The translations under genes and the position numbers were made by a program. A model generated the notes under the pieces. The model saw only the letters and a program-made list of their open reading frames with translations. It did no database searches and was not told the DNA's origin. From an uncultured Poribacteria bacterium (GTDB lineage Bacteria > Poribacteria > WGA-4E > WGA-3G), in the NCBI GenBank assembly GCA_951813565.1, contig OX638351.1, forward strand, positions 1,088,001 through 1,152,000: 64,000 bases of DNA, in the 5' to 3' direction. This document shows positions 61,954-64,000 of the stretch, piece after piece. The number at the start of each line of letters is the position of its first letter. Positions within the stretch are counted from its first letter, which is position 1.

Positions 61954-63414
61954 TTACCCGACCCTAATCAATTTGCGCAATGTTTGAACTAACGTGCCTT
62001 CCGAAAGCCATTTCGCAGCCACACGCCACACACTCGTTGAATAAGTCGGATATACGTGCATCATTCCGCTCAACTTCCGCAATGGAATCCCTTGCTGCAT
62101 CGCCAAAACATACTCATGGATAACCTCACCCGCATTTGCACCGACAAGGTGTACTCCTAATATCTTCCCTTTCCACTTGCTTGCGATGACTTTGCTAAAT
62201 CCGTGTGTTTCACCTTCAGCAACTGCCCTGTCAACATCTGACTGATCCAGTGTAAAAACATCAACATCTCCATATTTCTCGCGTGCTTCTGCTTCAGTCA
62301 ATCCACATCGAGCCACCTCTGGATCACAGAACGTTGTCCAAGGCACCACAGAATAGTTTATCTTTTTGGATAAAGGTAATAAAAAATTTCGGACTAACAA
62401 TTGTGCTTGAAATGCTGCCACATGTGTAAAAAGATAGTGTCCAATTACGTCACCTGCAGCGTATATGTTTTTCACATGTGTCTGAAGTTGTCCATTAACA
62501 ATGATTCCATTTTTTTCAACTTTCACACCAATTTTGTCAAGTCCCAATCCTTCAATATTTGGCGCACGTCCTGCGGCAACCAGAATCTTATCGTAAACTT
62601 GTTCCTGATTATCACTGGTAGATGTATTTTGTAATCCCGAAAACGATACTTTTATACCATCCTTTTGTTTTTCAACCTTCGCTATGTTCGTATTAAGTCG
62701 AATATCAATGCCTTCTGAGGTAAGATAATTTAGCATCCGTTCAGAAACATCTGTATCCTCTTTTGTTAGGATACGTGCGCTTCGTTGTGCTATCGTGACT
62801 CTTGCGCCAAGTCGATGAAATGCTTGCCCTAATTCAATGCCGATCGGACCGGCACCGACAACAAGCAGCCGTTGTGGAAGTTCTTCTAATTCCCATACAT
62901 TTTCACTGTCAAGATAACCACAAGATTCCAATCCGGGTATAGGTGGCGCGAGCGGACGCGACCCTGTAGAAATCACAAACTTTTTGCTTTTGAGGGTTCG
63001 GGTTTGACCGTTTTCACTGTCTTCCACAACAAAGGTATCGCGTGATTCAAAATGTCCATTTCCAAAGATAACATCAACCCCCATCTCGCGGAACCGTTCA
63101 GGATTATCGTGTTCTTCTTCAATCACATGTTGGGTACTTCGCACGTATTCTATCACTTTTTGCCATTCAGGTTTGGTTTCAGCGGTAGTAATCCCGTATT
63201 TTTTCGCGTCTCGGATATAATTTGCAACCTTTGCAGCTTTGAGCAATGCTTTAGATGGCACGCACCCTGTCCAGAGGCAATCACCACCGATGCGATGTTT
63301 TTCCACAAGCGCAGTCTTTTTTCCAAGTTTAGCACCAGCCACAGCAAGCACAAGCCCTGCACTTCCCCCGCCGATGATAGTTAAATCATAGATGTTTGCA
63401 GTTTTTTCATTCAT
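61954..63414 (-). CDS. pyridine nucleotide-disulfide oxidoreductase (LpdA/MerA-like family)
   Basis: IIGGGSAG, GGDCLWTGCVPSK, VVGAGPIGIE, YAAGDV, HVYPT; lacks the MerA C-terminal CC. Confidence 0.9.
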   Translation of the reverse strand: MNEKTANIYDLTIIGGGSAGLVLAVAGAKLGKKTALVEKHRIGGDCLWTGCVPSKALLKAAKVANYIRDAKKYGITTAETKPEWQKVIEYVRSTQHVIEEEHDNPERFREMGVDVIFGNGHFESRDTFVVEDSENGQTRTLKSKKFVISTGSRPLAPPIPGLESCGYLDSENVWELEELPQRLLVVGAGPIGIELGQAFHRLGARVTIAQRSARILTKEDTDVSERMLNYLTSEGIDIRLNTNIAKVEKQKDGIKVSFSGLQNTSTSDNQEQVYDKILVAAGRAPNIEGLGLDKIGVKVEKNGIIVNGQLQTHVKNIYAAGDVIGHYLFTHVAAFQAQLLVRNFLLPLSKKINYSVVPWTTFCDPEVARCGLTEAEAREKYGDVDVFTLDQSDVDRAVAEGETHGFSKVIASKWKGKILGVHLVGANAGEVIHEYVLAMQQGIPLRKLSGMMHVYPTYSTSVWRVAAKWLSEGTLVQTLRKLIRVG

Positions 63415-63424
63415 GTTTTCACTT

Positions 63425-64000
63425 TTATCTGTGATGACGTAGTACTTTCCCTGGCAGTTTTCCGGTTACATTTCCATCTTTGATGACGGGAATTCCGTTG
63501 ACGAATACCCAATCCACACCGACAGGGGGTTGCACTGGATCAAACCAAGTAGAACGATCTGCGACAGTATCAGGATTAAAAATAACAATATCTGCAGCAA
63601 GTCCACGCGCAATTTTTCCACGGTCAGCAAGTCGGAATCGTTCTGCGGGAAAACCACTCATCTTATAAACAGCTTCTTTTAATGAAACTAACTGTCGTTC
63701 TCGTACAAATTTACCAAGATACTGCACGAAGCACCCGTAACTGCGTGGATGCGGATGTGGAATGTTATAAACACCATCGCTGGCAATCATCATACGCGGG
63801 TGTTGTGCGGTACGATTCAAAATCCGTTCATTTTTTTCTGGTGATGTAGCCCACGGCATTACAAAGGTTTCAATTGCTAATTCTTCTTGGATAAAATCGA
63901 ATGCGAATTCTTCGTTGGATTTGCCTTCACGTTTAGCAGCGTCTGAGAGTAGGATGCCGATATATCTTCCAGACTTGTTATAGCCTACAATTTGGTTGCC
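63425..64000 (-). CDS. N-acyl-D-amino acid deacylase / amidohydrolase (5' part outside the window)
   Basis: Frame open to base 64000; MIASDG, PHPRSYGCF, LKEAVYKMSGFPA, DRGKI..G..ADIVIFNP, VFVNG, PGKVLR. Confidence 0.88.
   Translation of the reverse strand, partial: GNQIVGYNKSGRYIGILLSDAAKREGKSNEEFAFDFIQEELAIETFVMPWATSPEKNERILNRTAQHPRMMIASDGVYNIPHPHPRSYGCFVQYLGKFVRERQLVSLKEAVYKMSGFPAERFRLADRGKIARGLAADIVIFNPDTVADRSTWFDPVQPPVGVDWVFVNGIPVIKDGNVTGKLPGKVLRHHR

Noticed and set aside
61954..63414. Mercuric reductase merA
   Set aside because: Lacks the C-terminal Cys-Cys pair and the HMA domain, and there is no mer operon context.

Overview
A bacterial chromosome segment, probably Candidatus Poribacteria. 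That assignment is an inference from LamG- and TolB-like secreted proteins ending in an 'AVxPxxKLxTxWGxxK' motif, an ECF sigma factor fused to a large propeller, PhyH/Gfo-Idh-MocA/Uma2 genes and diderm markers (LolA-like, TolB-like). Much of the window is housekeeping: hisF, murJ, thiD, glutamate dehydrogenase, pdxJ, a pseudouridine synthase, the rnpA-yidD-yidC-jag-mnmE cluster, metH, pgsA-thpR-recA, ppdK and rtcB. The notable parts are: (1) nine intact, diversified VOC/glyoxalase-fold paralogs in tandem plus a decayed tenth copy; (2) a candidate secreted UxxC selenoprotein (thioredoxin + TPR-like) that the ORF track splits at an in-frame UGA followed by a bSECIS-like hairpin; (3) a candidate sigma54-driven, structured ~130-nt small RNA downstream of rtcB; (4) a complete arc-dop-pup-prcB-prcA-pafA Pup-proteasome locus; (5) a type III R-M locus whose mod and res genes are both internally deleted, flanking an intact XRE-ImmA/IrrE + DUF4411 pair; (6) a long structured 5' leader behind an operator-overlapped consensus promoter; (7) GTAG-type REP/MITE repeats with modules nested inside each other. 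No tRNA, rRNA or CRISPR array was seen. All family calls come from reading motifs by eye; no searches were run.
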